Shown one piece after another: positions 11,016 to 21,353 of a DNA stretch of 64,000 bases. The stretch comes from an uncultured Desulfatitalea sp. (lineage in GTDB: Bacteria > Desulfobacterota > Desulfobacteria > Desulfobacterales > Desulfosarcinaceae). The stretch lies in the NCBI GenBank assembly GCA_963668675.2, contig CAXXMB010000002.1, forward strand, positions 1,408,001 through 1,472,000. The letters run 5' to 3'. Below the pieces are notes generated by a model. The model was not told the origin of the DNA. It did not search any database and was given only the letters and a program-made list of their open reading frames with translations. Numbering within the stretch: the stretch's first letter is position 1; each line of letters begins with the position of its first letter. Position numbers and translations under genes: made by a program.

Positions 11016-12688
11016 GGGCTTCCTGAATTAAGTGTAAGGTATTGTAAACGCAACAAAAATATGTTATAAACAGGACAAAAAGTGATCGAGAACTCACCGA
11101 AAACCACAAATAACCTTGCACTTTTTGCCCGGGAAAACCATGTACAAACACAATCTGAAGCAACTGGAATTTGAAAATTTCAACCTTCCTTTTGATGGAA
11201 AATTACGAAGTGATAATCGATGGGTAAAACTGGCCAAATTTATTCCCTGGGAAGAATTTGAAGAGGCCTATGCAAAGAAGCTGTCAGGTTCCGGATTAGG
11301 GCCACCGGCGATGTCGGTACGTATTGCATTGGGTGCGTTGATCATAAAGGAAAAGCTTGGCACCTCAGATGAAGAGACCGTCGAGCAGATTCGCGAAAAC
11401 CCTTACCTGCAATACTTTTTAGGCTTTACGGACTATCGTGATGAAGAACCATTTCACTCCACAATGTTTGTTCATTTTAGAAAGCGTTTCGGCAAGAAAG
11501 CCATTTGCCAGATCATCGAAACTGTGAATCACAAAGCAAGATCGGTCAAAAAAAATGCGAAAGATGACGGTAAAGACAACAGTGGCGGTGGCGCTGATGG
11601 GAAAAAGCCAAACAGTGGTAAATTGTTGATTGATGCGACCTGCACACCGGCCGACATTACTTTCCCTACCGATCTGAAAATACTCAATGAGGCCAGAGAA
11701 AAAAGCGAAAAAATTATTGATGTTTTGCACCGACCCCACAGAGGCAAACTTAAAAAACCGCGCACCTATCGCAAAAAAGCACGAAAACAGTTTCTTGCCA
11801 TTGCAAAAAGCAAGAAGGTGCCGAAGAGCAAAATGCGCAAGGCCATACGTCAACAACTGGGCTATCTGAGGCGTAATCTTAAAACGATCGACAAGTTATC
11901 GCAGATTTCATCGTTGTTGATGCTTAAAAAGCGCATGTACAAGCTGTTGTTGGTCATCAATGAAGTGTATCGCCAGCAAAAGTGGATGTATGATCAGAAG
12001 GTCAAAAGAATCGATGATCGTATTGTCAACATCTACCAACCGCATGTTCGGCCCATTAAACGTGGCAAGGCAGGAGCTGCTACGGAATTTGGAGCCAAGA
12101 TATCAGTCAGCGCGGTTGACGGATACTGCTTTTTGGACCGATTGAACTGGGATGCATATAACGAGTCGGCTGATTTAATCAAACAGGCGCAAGCATACAA
12201 AGACCGCTTTGGTTGTTATCCCGCCTCAATTCATGCCGACAAGATCTATCGCAACAGGGACAACATCAAGTTCTGTAAAAAGCACGGCATCCGGTTATCC
12301 GGCCCTGCACTGGGGCGGCCACCTTCCGATACCGAAGTCCGCAAAGCGATACAGAAGCAGGCCCGGCAGGATGAACTTGATCGTATCCCCATTGAAGGAA
12401 AATTTGGACAGGGAAAGCGTCGATTCAGTTTGTCAAAGATCATGAGCAAGCTGGACAGCACATCTGAGACTGCCATAGCTGTAGTATTTTTGGTGATGAA
12501 TTTAGAGAAGTGGCTCAATAGCCTTCTTTTTTGTTTCCTTTTACTTCTCCATAGGTTCAGTTTTGACGATAACAGTCGCATTCAAAGCCCGCAGATACAG
12601 TTAAGATCGGACAAATTTGCGACTACGTGTATCTAATCGGGCATTGGGCACAGAGCAACGTTGGGGTCACGGATTATTCAGGAAGCCC
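11016..12688 (+). mobile_element. IS5-family insertion sequence, 1673 bp
   Basis: TIRs GGGCTTCCTGAAT (11016-11028) / ATTCAGGAAGCCC (12676-12688); flanking direct repeat TAAATA (11010-11015, 12689-12694); AT-richer than flanks. Confidence 0.92.
11140..12636 (+). CDS. IS5-family DDE transposase
   Basis: LIDAT / HADKIY / IEGKFG DDE triad, ENPYLQYFLG, EFGAK; ATG at 11140. Confidence 0.92.
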   Translation: MYKHNLKQLEFENFNLPFDGKLRSDNRWVKLAKFIPWEEFEEAYAKKLSGSGLGPPAMSVRIALGALIIKEKLGTSDEETVEQIRENPYLQYFLGFTDYRDEEPFHSTMFVHFRKRFGKKAICQIIETVNHKARSVKKNAKDDGKDNSGGGADGKKPNSGKLLIDATCTPADITFPTDLKILNEAREKSEKIIDVLHRPHRGKLKKPRTYRKKARKQFLAIAKSKKVPKSKMRKAIRQQLGYLRRNLKTIDKLSQISSLLMLKKRMYKLLLVINEVYRQQKWMYDQKVKRIDDRIVNIYQPHVRPIKRGKAGAATEFGAKISVSAVDGYCFLDRLNWDAYNESADLIKQAQAYKDRFGCYPASIHADKIYRNRDNIKFCKKHGIRLSGPALGRPPSDTEVRKAIQKQARQDELDRIPIEGKFGQGKRRFSLSKIMSKLDSTSETAIAVVFLVMNLEKWLNSLLFCFLLLLHRFSFDDNSRIQSPQIQLRSDKFATTCI

Positions 12689-12830
12689 TAAATAGGCCAG
12701 CCCTTGTCATCCCGGACTTGATCCGGGATCCAGGAACGGTCTGGATTCCGGCCTGCGCCGGAATGACGATTGCTAAGGTAATTAATTGCCGGGTTAATAC
12801 CCAACCGAAAAGTACTTCTTCCCGTGGCCT

Positions 12831-14876
12831 TTATGCAGTCAACTTCTCTATTTTTACTGCACTCACCTTGAATTCCGGAATTTTGGCCAGGGGATCGAAC
12901 GCTTCCGAGCTGGTCAACACATTGGTCGGGTTTTCGCCAAAATGAATGGGAAGAAAGACGGTTCCGGGTTTCAGGGAAGTACTGATTTTAGCAGGCGCTT
13001 CCATTCGGCCCCGGCGCGAAGAGAGCACCAGCACCTCCCCGTCCTGAACCTCCAGCTCCTCGGCGTCTGTGGGACTGATGGAGACATAGCCGGTGGTCTG
13101 TTCGACATCCAGATGGGACGAAATTCGGGTCATGGTGCCGGTATGAAAATGGGCAAACATGCGGCCGGTGGTTAGAAAATAGGGGTAGTCCGCATCGGGC
13201 ATTTCTGCCGGGGCCAGGTACTCGACGGCATGAAACTTCCCTTTGCCCCTGGTAAACTGCTCCTTGTGCAGATACGGGGTTCCCGGATGGTCTCTGTCCG
13301 GGCATGGCCACTGCAAGCCATCCAGGCCCATGCGTTCGTAGGTCATGCCGGCGTAACTCTTCGGCGTCAAGGAGGCCATCTCGTCAAAGATCGCTTCCGG
13401 GTTAGCGTATTTCATCTTGTAGCCCATGGCTGTCGAGAGGCGGCTGATGATTTCCCAATCGGCCAGGGTGTTGCCGATGGGGTCGGTGGCTTTGTGGATG
13501 CGCATGCAGCGGCGCTCCGTATTGGTAAAAGTCCCCTCCTTTTCGGCTACGGAGGCGGCCGAAAATACCACATCGGCCACTTGGGCGGTTTCCGACAGGA
13601 AGAGGTCCTGAACCACTAGAAAATCCAATTTCTTAAGAGCTTCGTTGAGGTGATTCCAGTCCGGGTCGCTGAGTTTTGGGTTTTCACCGATGACGAAAAG
13701 CCCTTTCAGTTTCCCCTTGAGGATGGCAGGGATCATGTCCGTAATGGTCAGGCCAGGCTGATCCGAAAGCGGCGTGCCCCAAGCCTTGGAAAATTTTTCG
13801 CGCACCTGGGGGTCGGCCACCGGCTGATAGCCGGTCATCACGTTGGGCAACCCGCCCATGTCGCAAGCGCCTTGGACATTGTTCTGCCCCCGCAGCGGAT
13901 TCACCCCCCCGCCGTGTACGCCCACATTACCGCACAGCATGGCCAGATTGCAGCAGGATTTGACATTGTCCACGCCAGTGGTGTGTTGGGTGATGCCCAT
14001 GGCATACAGCAGCGCGGCCGGGCTATTGGTGGCATACAGCTCAGCCATGCGTTCCAGATCCCTTGTCGCCACCCCGGTGATCTCCTGGACCCTGGCCGGG
14101 GTATAGTCCTTAAGCACCGATTCCATGGCTTCATAATCTTCGGTGCGCTGGGCGATGTATGATTCTGCATGCCAGCCGTTTTCGATGATGATGTGCATCA
14201 TGCCGTTCAAAAGGGCCACATCGCTGCCCAATCGATGGGTGACGGCCACGTCGGCAAAACGGGACAGCTGAATATTTCTCGGGTCAGCCACGACGAGCTT
14301 GGCACCGCGCTCTTTGGCCCTGAAGATACGGCGGGCGACAAGTGGATGGCAGGCGGTAGTATTCGATCCGATGACGAAAATGCACCCTGACGATTCAAAC
14401 TCCGCAATGGAGTTCGTCATGGCACCGCTACCGAAGGCGGCGGCCAGACCGGCCACCGTGGAGGCATGTCAGAGACGCGCGCAATGATCGACGTTGTTGG
14501 TGCCCAGGACGGCCCTGGCAAACTTCTGGGCCAGATAATTCTCCTCATTGGTCACCTTGGCAGACACCAGTACCCCCACGGCATCCGGACCGTGCTCGTT
14601 GATGATATCGCGGAAGCGGTCGGCGGCCAGACCAATGGCTTCGTCCCAATCGGCCTTGATGAACCGCCCGAAGGTCTTGATCAGCGGCTGTTTCAAGCGA
14701 AGGACGCTGTTCACATGTTCGTGCAGGTTCCAGCCCTTGATGCACAGCTTTCCCTGGTTGACCGGGTGGGTTTTCATGGGCAGGGTGCTGACGATCTTGC
14801 CATCGATGACTTCAAAAAGAATGCCGCAGCCGGTTCCACAATATGAACAGACAGAGGGCACGAACTTGCACTGCAT
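12831..14876 (-). CDS. fdhA: Cytoplasmic Mo/W-bisPGD formate dehydrogenase alpha subunit, selenoprotein (681 aa; Sec UGA at 14469-14471)
   Basis: Joining ORFs 14469..14909 and 12831..14456 in frame gives NNVDHCARL-U-HASTVAGL; CSYCGTGC..C FeS motif; LRGQNNVQGACDMG; AGGAG RBS; no Tat signal; SECIS-like GGUGGCC-GGUCU-GGCCGCC. Confidence 0.95.
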
Positions 14877-15029
14877 GGTGTACTCCTTTGTTTGGTGTCC
14901 ATCCGCCAATGGCCAATTTGGTCGATTTCGGCGCTGAACGTTTTCCCCTCAACATGTCCCGCAATTGCTGCGGTTCGAATCTTGAGTGCGGATTGAACTC
15001 AAATCGATTCACGTATTCGTGAACGCACA

Positions 15030-15848
15030 CTAAACAACCGGATAGTCCGCCTGCATCGGTTGCGGTTCAAGCGTGACCTTGTCCCCCAGGATGCTCAATG
15101 GCGATTGGTCGGCTCCGGATCCGGTTTCATAATCGAAAACGGTTTTGACGATGTCGTTGACCTTTCGGTAGAGCAACCGCAGGGGAATGTCCACCGGACA
15201 GGCATCCTCGCACAGCCCGCAGTCGATGCAGCGCCCGGCCATGTGTGTGGCCCGAACCAGGTGGAATATCGGCACCTCCGGTGGCAGGGCGCCTTTGCGG
15301 ATCAAATCGCCATGCTCCAGGCTGCACTCCTTGCAAAAACAGACCGGACAGATGTTCCGGCATCCGTAGCACTTGATGCATTTTTGAAATTCATTCATCC
15401 ATCGGGACAGGCGCTCCGGCTGTTCTATCTCCTCGAAATCCTCGAGACACATGGTGTTGTCCACGCCCACCTGTTGTTTCAGCGGAGCGGGCTTCTCAGG
15501 CGCCAGGTATGAGCAGTCGCCGTGCGCCTTCAGGTTTGAAGGGCAGCAGTTGACATTTACAGCTTTGATATTGTCCTCTTTTAGCTGGTTCCAGATATAA
15601 AGGACGTTAAGGGCGCGCTGGTTGCAGTCCCGGGCCAGCATTCCGATTTTGATCTCCGGATCGACGGCAGCGATATGCGTCGCCACCTTCTCCAGGGAGT
15701 AGCGGGCCGGCCCGTCGATCAGGTCATCCACGGCATCGAGATTTGCTTTGTTGAAGCTGTAAGGCAAAGGATGGCCCATGACCATTTTATATCCCAAGAA
15801 AAGGTCTACGATGCCCTCTTCAAGCCACCGTTTCACTTTTGATTTCAT
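15030..15848 (-). CDS. 4Fe-4S dicluster protein, FdhB/FlxC-like
   Basis: CIKCYGCRNICPVCFC and GRCIDCGLCEDACP; GGAGG RBS; lies between mvhD and fdhA. Confidence 0.85.
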   Translation of the reverse strand: MKSKVKRWLEEGIVDLFLGYKMVMGHPLPYSFNKANLDAVDDLIDGPARYSLEKVATHIAAVDPEIKIGMLARDCNQRALNVLYIWNQLKEDNIKAVNVNCCPSNLKAHGDCSYLAPEKPAPLKQQVGVDNTMCLEDFEEIEQPERLSRWMNEFQKCIKCYGCRNICPVCFCKECSLEHGDLIRKGALPPEVPIFHLVRATHMAGRCIDCGLCEDACPVDIPLRLLYRKVNDIVKTVFDYETGSGADQSPLSILGDKVTLEPQPMQADYPVV

Positions 15849-16377
15849 GTGTTGCCTCCTCTATCATACCGACGCCATCAGGTCGGACCAATTGGGTATT
15901 GTGGGAAAAAGGGTCCGCGTGCAAAGGAGGTGCAGCAGGCAGCCGGCCCACCATGGCAGCACTCGCCCCGATGAGCGGATTGGGCCCCAGGGATCTTATC
16001 TTCTCCGTAAAATCGGTGATCACCTGAACGAATTTCTGAGCTTCCGCAGAAGATATCCACTCCAGGTGTAAGCGGCCCGCCAGGCCCATGAAAGAGAGCA
16101 GTTCCTGGAGAAAAGTGATCCGTTTTACTGTCATGTGATTACCGTACAGGTAATGGCAGTCGCCGATGTGTCACCCGCCCACCAGGATTCCGTCGGCGCC
16201 TTCCTGCAGCGCGCGTAGGATATGATGCGGCGATACGGTGGCCGAGCACATGACCCGGATGGCGCGTACGTTAGGAGGATACTGCATACGGCTGACACCG
16301 GCCAGATCGGCTGCCCCGTATGCGCACCAGTTGCATATAAATGCCAGTATTTTGGGTTCGAACGGTTTCTGTTGCAC
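15820..16377 (-). CDS. mvhD: MvhD/FlxD-like [2Fe-2S] protein, selenoprotein (185 aa; Sec UGA at 16171-16173)
   Basis: GTG start after [50 protein letters not shown]-like AUUACC-UGUAC-GGUAAU. Confidence 0.93.
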
Positions 16378-16400
16378 AATGACTCCTTGAGCGATGTGGG

Positions 16401-19400
16401 TTACGCACATATGGCGCTTTTGATCTGGGCATAGAGCTGCTGGTTGCTGAAACCCAGTAGTATCGGGGCCTCCGAAGGACATGCTGCCGCACAGGCCCCG
16501 CAACCCTTGCACAGGGCTTGATTAACTTCCGCAATACGCTTTTCTTCGTTGTAGGTGATCGCGTTATAGGGGCAGACGTTGATGCAACCCAGGCACCCGG
16601 AGCATCGCTCGGGGTCGATATAGCTAACGATGCCACCCACCATAATATGATCCTTGGACATTACCGTCAGAGACTTGGCCGTGGCGGCATGGGCCTGGGC
16701 GATGCTCTCTTCCAATGGCTTGGGGTAATGCCCCATACCGCAGAGAAAAACCCCTTCAGTGGCAAATTCTACCGGCCTTAGTTTCTGGTGTGCTTCCATC
16801 AACCAACCGTCGGCATCCGTGGAGACTTTGAAAAACTGGCTGAGGCTGGTATTCTCCCTGGCCTCTATGGCCGTTGCCAGACAAAGCAGATCCGCATCCA
16901 CGCGAACCTGACGACCGAGGATCGGATCATTGAAACTCACCGTGACGCATTTGTCGCCGGTAGTGGCGACCGGCTTGTTCTCCGGATCGTAACGGAAGAA
17001 GAGAACTCCCTGCTGCCGTGCCTCCTTGTAGAGATCCTCTCTTTTTCCGTAGGTTCGGATATCACGGTAGAGGATATAGACATTGGTCTCGGGGTTGCGC
17101 TTTTTCAGCTCCAGAGCATTTTGGATGGAATGGGTACAGCACACCTTGGAACAATATGGCCGATCGTCGTTCCTTGAGCCAACACACTGGATGAAAACCA
17201 CATTCTCGGCCCGTTTGATACGCGGGTCGTCCTGCCTGAACAACGCATCCATCTCCAGATGAGTGACCACCGCCGGGTGTTCGCCGTATAGGTATTCCGA
17301 AGGTTTGCTTTCCTTCGCTCCTGTGGCAAGAATGGCCACACCGTGGGATATGGTCGTTTTCGCCTCGCCGGCTGACAGGGTAGTATTGAAATTTCCGACA
17401 AAGCCTTCCACGTCGCTGACGGTTGTTCCCAAATGAACGGTTATGCCAGGCTCAGCTTCCACCTGGCGAATCAACTTCTCCAGAAAGTCGGCGACATCTT
17501 CCCCCTGGTAGGTTTTGATGAGGTTGCGGGCATTGCCGCCCAAGGACTCGGTCTGCTCCACCAGGTGCACCGGGTATCCATGCCGGGAGAGGGACAGGGC
17601 CGTGGTGAGACCGGCAACTCCGCCGCCAACCACCATGGCAGAGGGGGTGACCGGCAGCTCCTTCTCTTGCAGCGGGACGGCAAGAAATGCTTTGGACACT
17701 GCCATGCGCACGAGATCACAGGCCTTTTCAGTGGCGGCATCGGGATCATTGCTGTGCACCCACGAATCTTGATTGCGGATATTGGCCATCTCGATCAGAT
17801 ATTTGTTCAGTCCGGCGTTGACCAGGGTTTCCTGGAACAGCTCCTCGTGGGTCCGCGGCGTGCAGGCGGCCACCACAACGCGGTTCAGCCCCTTGTCCCG
17901 TATCACCTCCGTCATTTTGTCCTGGGTGTCCTGGCTGCAGGTAAACAGGTTCTCCTCGACATACTCGACCCCGGGCAACGTTTTGGCATAGGCGGCCACT
18001 TCCGGGACCCTGACAATCCCGCCAATATTGATACCGCAGTTGCACACAAAAACGCCGATTCGGGGAGCTTCCCGGCTTACATCCCGTTGGGCGGGAATTT
18101 CCACTGCCTGGGTCAGGGTATTGCGCGCGTCGGCCAGGTTCTCGGTGGCGGCACTCGCAGCGGCGCTGGCCTCCATAACCGACTGGGGGATATCCTTGGG
18201 GCCGGTAAACACGCCGCAGGCATATATTCCCGGCACCGAGGTGGCCACCGGATGAAAACTGTTCGAATGGACAAAATGGTATTTATCCAATTCGACCCCC
18301 AGCGTTTGCGACAGCTCCACCGCGGACTTGCTCACTTCAAGCCCCGTTGACAGCACGACCATGTCGAAAGGGTCTTGGTGGACAACGCCTCCGTCGTCCA
18401 CATAGCGCAACATCAGGTCATCGCTTCCCGTAACCTGCTCCACCGTATGAATGCGCGCGGGTATGAAGCGCACACCACTTTTGCGGGCATTTTCGCAGTA
18501 GCGGTCGAAATCCTTGCCCTGGGTCCGCAGATCCATGTAGAAGATGGTGCATTCCAGAGGTGTCTCACTATGGTCTGCCGCCATCACCGCTTGCTTGACC
18601 GCATACATGCAGCAGACAGATGAGCAGTAGCCGTTGTCGCAGCGGTTCATGTCCCGGGAACCCACACATTGCAGCCAGGCGATTCTTTTCGGTGGCTCTC
18701 CGGTGGCTTTCTTGCCGCGCATGCTCGACGGCCGCACCAGGTGGCCGGCGTATGGGCCGGTGGCCGAGAGGATGCGCTCGAATTCCGGAGCGGTCACCAC
18801 GTCCGGCAGACTGGTGTATCCATAGGTGTCAAGACCGCTTGGATCGAAGGGTGTGAATCCCGGCGCCATGACGACCGATCCCACCTGCAGGTTAATGGTC
18901 TTTTCCGTGTCCTTGAAATTGATGGCGCCCGAAGGACAATATTTTTCGCAGGCGCCGCACTTGCCGTTTTTCAGATAGATGCAGTTGTCCGCATCGATGG
19001 CATACTTCAGGGGCACCGCCTGGGAATAGGGGACATAGATCGCCTTACGCTTGATCAGACCTTCGTTGTAACTGTCATCCACCCGTTTGGGGCACTTTTG
19101 GGCGCACAGACCGCAGGCAATGCATTTTTCCATATCCACGTATCGCGGGTGCTGAAGCACGGAAACCGTGAAGTTGCCCTCCTCGCCATCAATGGCGGTC
19201 ACTTCGGAAAGCGTAAGCAATTCGATGTTGATGTGCCGGCCGACCTCGACCAGTTTGGGTGAAATAATTCACATCGAGCAGTCATTGGTGGGAAAGGTCT
19301 TGTCCAATTGGGCCATGGCCCCGCCAATGGCCGGAGATCTCTCGACCATATATACGTAATAGCCGGAGTTGGCCATATCCAGGGCTGCCTGCATTCCGGC

Positions 19401-19463
19401 TATACCGCCACCGATGACCATCACCGATCCCAGCACCGCTGTTTTCGATTGTTTGTCTTCCAT
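16401..19463 (-). CDS. hdrA: Tandem HdrA-like flavo-iron-sulfur protein, selenoprotein (1020 aa; Sec UGA at 19269-19271)
   Basis: In-frame join gives [26 protein letters not shown]; two FAD domains, two CVGSR..YCS.VCC motifs, two ferredoxin domains; SECIS-like CUGGUCG-AGGU-CGGCCGG. Confidence 0.94.
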
Positions 19464-19592
19464 ACATTTGCTCCCTGCTCGGTTGATCGAGCTTGTTAAT
19501 CGTTACATCCGCCCGAAAGTAGAATCCTTTATCGCCTATTCTTTCTCAACTGGAGCCTGCATCACCACACGGCTGCCTTTGCAGCCCGCCCG

Positions 19593-19964
19593 CTATGAAT
19601 CTGGAAACAATTTTTCAATCGTCGCCAGCAGGTCATCCTCGGTAAACGGTTTGGGCAAATAGTCCGCCGCCCCCAGCTTCATGGCCTCCAGCGCGTTGGA
19701 CAGGGTCGAATACCCCGTCATCACGATTACACTCATCTTCGTTGACTGCTCCTCGATCAGTTTCAGGACCTGAGACCCGTCGATGTCGGGCAGTTTCATA
19801 TCCAGCAGGATCAGGTCATAACCGCCGTTGCGCTCGATCTCCAGCAGCCCGGCAATACCGGTGGTGCGATGCGTAACATGATGGCCCTTTTCAGAAAGCA
19901 CCAGCCAGCAGGCATCGCAAATCACCTTTTCATCGTCGATCACCAGCACGTTCAATGGTTTCAT
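19593..19964 (-). CDS. Single-domain response regulator (REC)
   Basis: VIDDE, LLDMKLP, MTGY, LPKPF. Confidence 0.9.
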   Translation of the reverse strand: MKPLNVLVIDDEKVICDACWLVLSEKGHHVTHRTTGIAGLLEIERNGGYDLILLDMKLPDIDGSQVLKLIEEQSTKMSVIVMTGYSTLSNALEAMKLGAADYLPKPFTEDDLLATIEKLFPDS

Positions 19965-21337
19965 GCAAACACCTTTTCGTCGGAAGCGTTCGTCCTGTCG
20001 GTCCTAATCGGAAAGACGATCACCAATCGCGTGCCCTTTCCCGGTGAACTGAATACCTGGATATCGCCATCATGGTTCTGGATAATGCCGTAGCTGATCG
20101 CCAGACCAAGGCCGGTTCCTTTTGACCGGGCGGAGAAAAACGGCTCGAAAATCCTTTTCTGATCCGCCTTGGCAATACCGCAACCGTTGTCGACTACCTC
20201 AACCCGGATGATGCCGCCCGCCTGATCGACGGAGGTTTTAACGAAGACCTTGCCGCACTCTGCCACAGCGTGCAGCGCATTGAGCAGCAAGTTGATCAAC
20301 ACCTGTTCGATCTGGTTTTCATCCAGCAATGTGTCGACCATATCTTTGGCCAGGGTCAGCCCGATATCCACGTGCCGCAGATGAAACTCATTTTCCACAA
20401 TGCCTAGCGCGGATTCGACGACATGGTTGATGTTGGCCGGGATCCGCTGCGGTTCCGTATCCCGGGCAAAATCGAGCAACCCCTGAATGATAATTTTACA
20501 GCGCTGGGTCTCTTTGATTATAATATCAAGCCCTTCCTGCAGGCCTTTCTCGGGGGTAACCTTTTTACGCATGTTAGAGCCGTAGAGCAGAATACCGGTC
20601 AGCGGGTTGTTGATTTCATGGGCAATCCCCGCTGCCAGGCGGCCCAGAGACGACATTTTGTCCATCTGGGTGGCCAGGTGATGAAAATTTTCCTGTTGGT
20701 TTTCCATCAACTGGACCCGTTCGATAATGCAGGCGCACTGCTCTGCAATCGTCAGCATAAAATCCAGTTCGTCATCGGAAAACTCGCGGTGGTGGTCCAG
20801 ATATATCCGAATCAGACCGAGTATTTGATTCCTGACAGCCATGGGGACATCGACCATCATGCGGATGCCTTCATCCCAGGCCTCCTGGGGATATTCAACC
20901 CGGGGGGCGTGCCAGAGATCTGTAATAATTTTTACCTGGTGAAGTTCCATTGGATTGGGCAGTATCTTTTCGGTGGTCACGGGCCCCTTGGAGAGATAGT
21001 TTTCCCCCAGCCCACAGGCTGCCCGGACATCGAACTGCTCGGTATCTTTGTTGAAAATTCTCAGCAGAGCACCCTTGGCGTCCAGAACCGCGGCGGATTT
21101 AACGACCACCACATTCAGCACCTCCTGAAGGCTGGAGCTGGAGTGCATCGACCTGATGATGTCCCGGAATACTTTGAAATAAATTTCGTATGGCGTCGAA
21201 CCGGTCATGGGTCTGTCTATCGTTGGAGTTTCTGCTGCAATCATTTTTCGACGGGGCGGCTCTTCCGGACAGACGCATACGCTGCCCCCCGAACCATGGA
21301 TACCCGAACCATTTATAATAGATCGAACGGCGACCAT
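19961..21337 (-). CDS. Cytoplasmic GAF-domain sensor histidine kinase
   Basis: GAF region, AHEINNPL H-box, NLLLNA, DNGCG, FEPFF, GTGLGL; no TM segment seen; start uncertain. Confidence 0.9.
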   Translation of the reverse strand: MVAVRSIINGSGIHGSGGSVCVCPEEPPRRKMIAAETPTIDRPMTGSTPYEIYFKVFRDIIRSMHSSSSLQEVLNVVVVKSAAVLDAKGALLRIFNKDTEQFDVRAACGLGENYLSKGPVTTEKILPNPMELHQVKIITDLWHAPRVEYPQEAWDEGIRMMVDVPMAVRNQILGLIRIYLDHHREFSDDELDFMLTIAEQCACIIERVQLMENQQENFHHLATQMDKMSSLGRLAAGIAHEINNPLTGILLYGSNMRKKVTPEKGLQEGLDIIIKETQRCKIIIQGLLDFARDTEPQRIPANINHVVESALGIVENEFHLRHVDIGLTLAKDMVDTLLDENQIEQVLINLLLNALHAVAECGKVFVKTSVDQAGGIIRVEVVDNGCGIAKADQKRIFEPFFSARSKGTGLGLAISYGIIQNHDGDIQVFSSPGKGTRLVIVFPIRTDRTNASDEKVFA

Positions 21338-21353
21338 GGTGATACCGTTGTGG

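Larger units (their letters stand above)
10995..12799. repeat. About 125-bp palindromic REP/MITE-like element interrupted by the IS
   Basis: Outer IR TATTAAACCGGCAATTA (10995-11011) / TAATTGCCGGGTTAATA (12783-12799), 1 mismatch; inner GTCATCCCGGACTTGATCCGGGATCCA...TGGATTCCGGCCTGCGCCGGAATGAC (12706-12767). Confidence 0.65.

Noticed and set aside
12831..19463. Reading hdrA, mvhD and fdhA as nonsense-disrupted pseudogenes or six small genes
   Set aside because: All three breaks are single in-frame UGAs at conserved Cys/Sec positions with downstream hairpins and no other lesions
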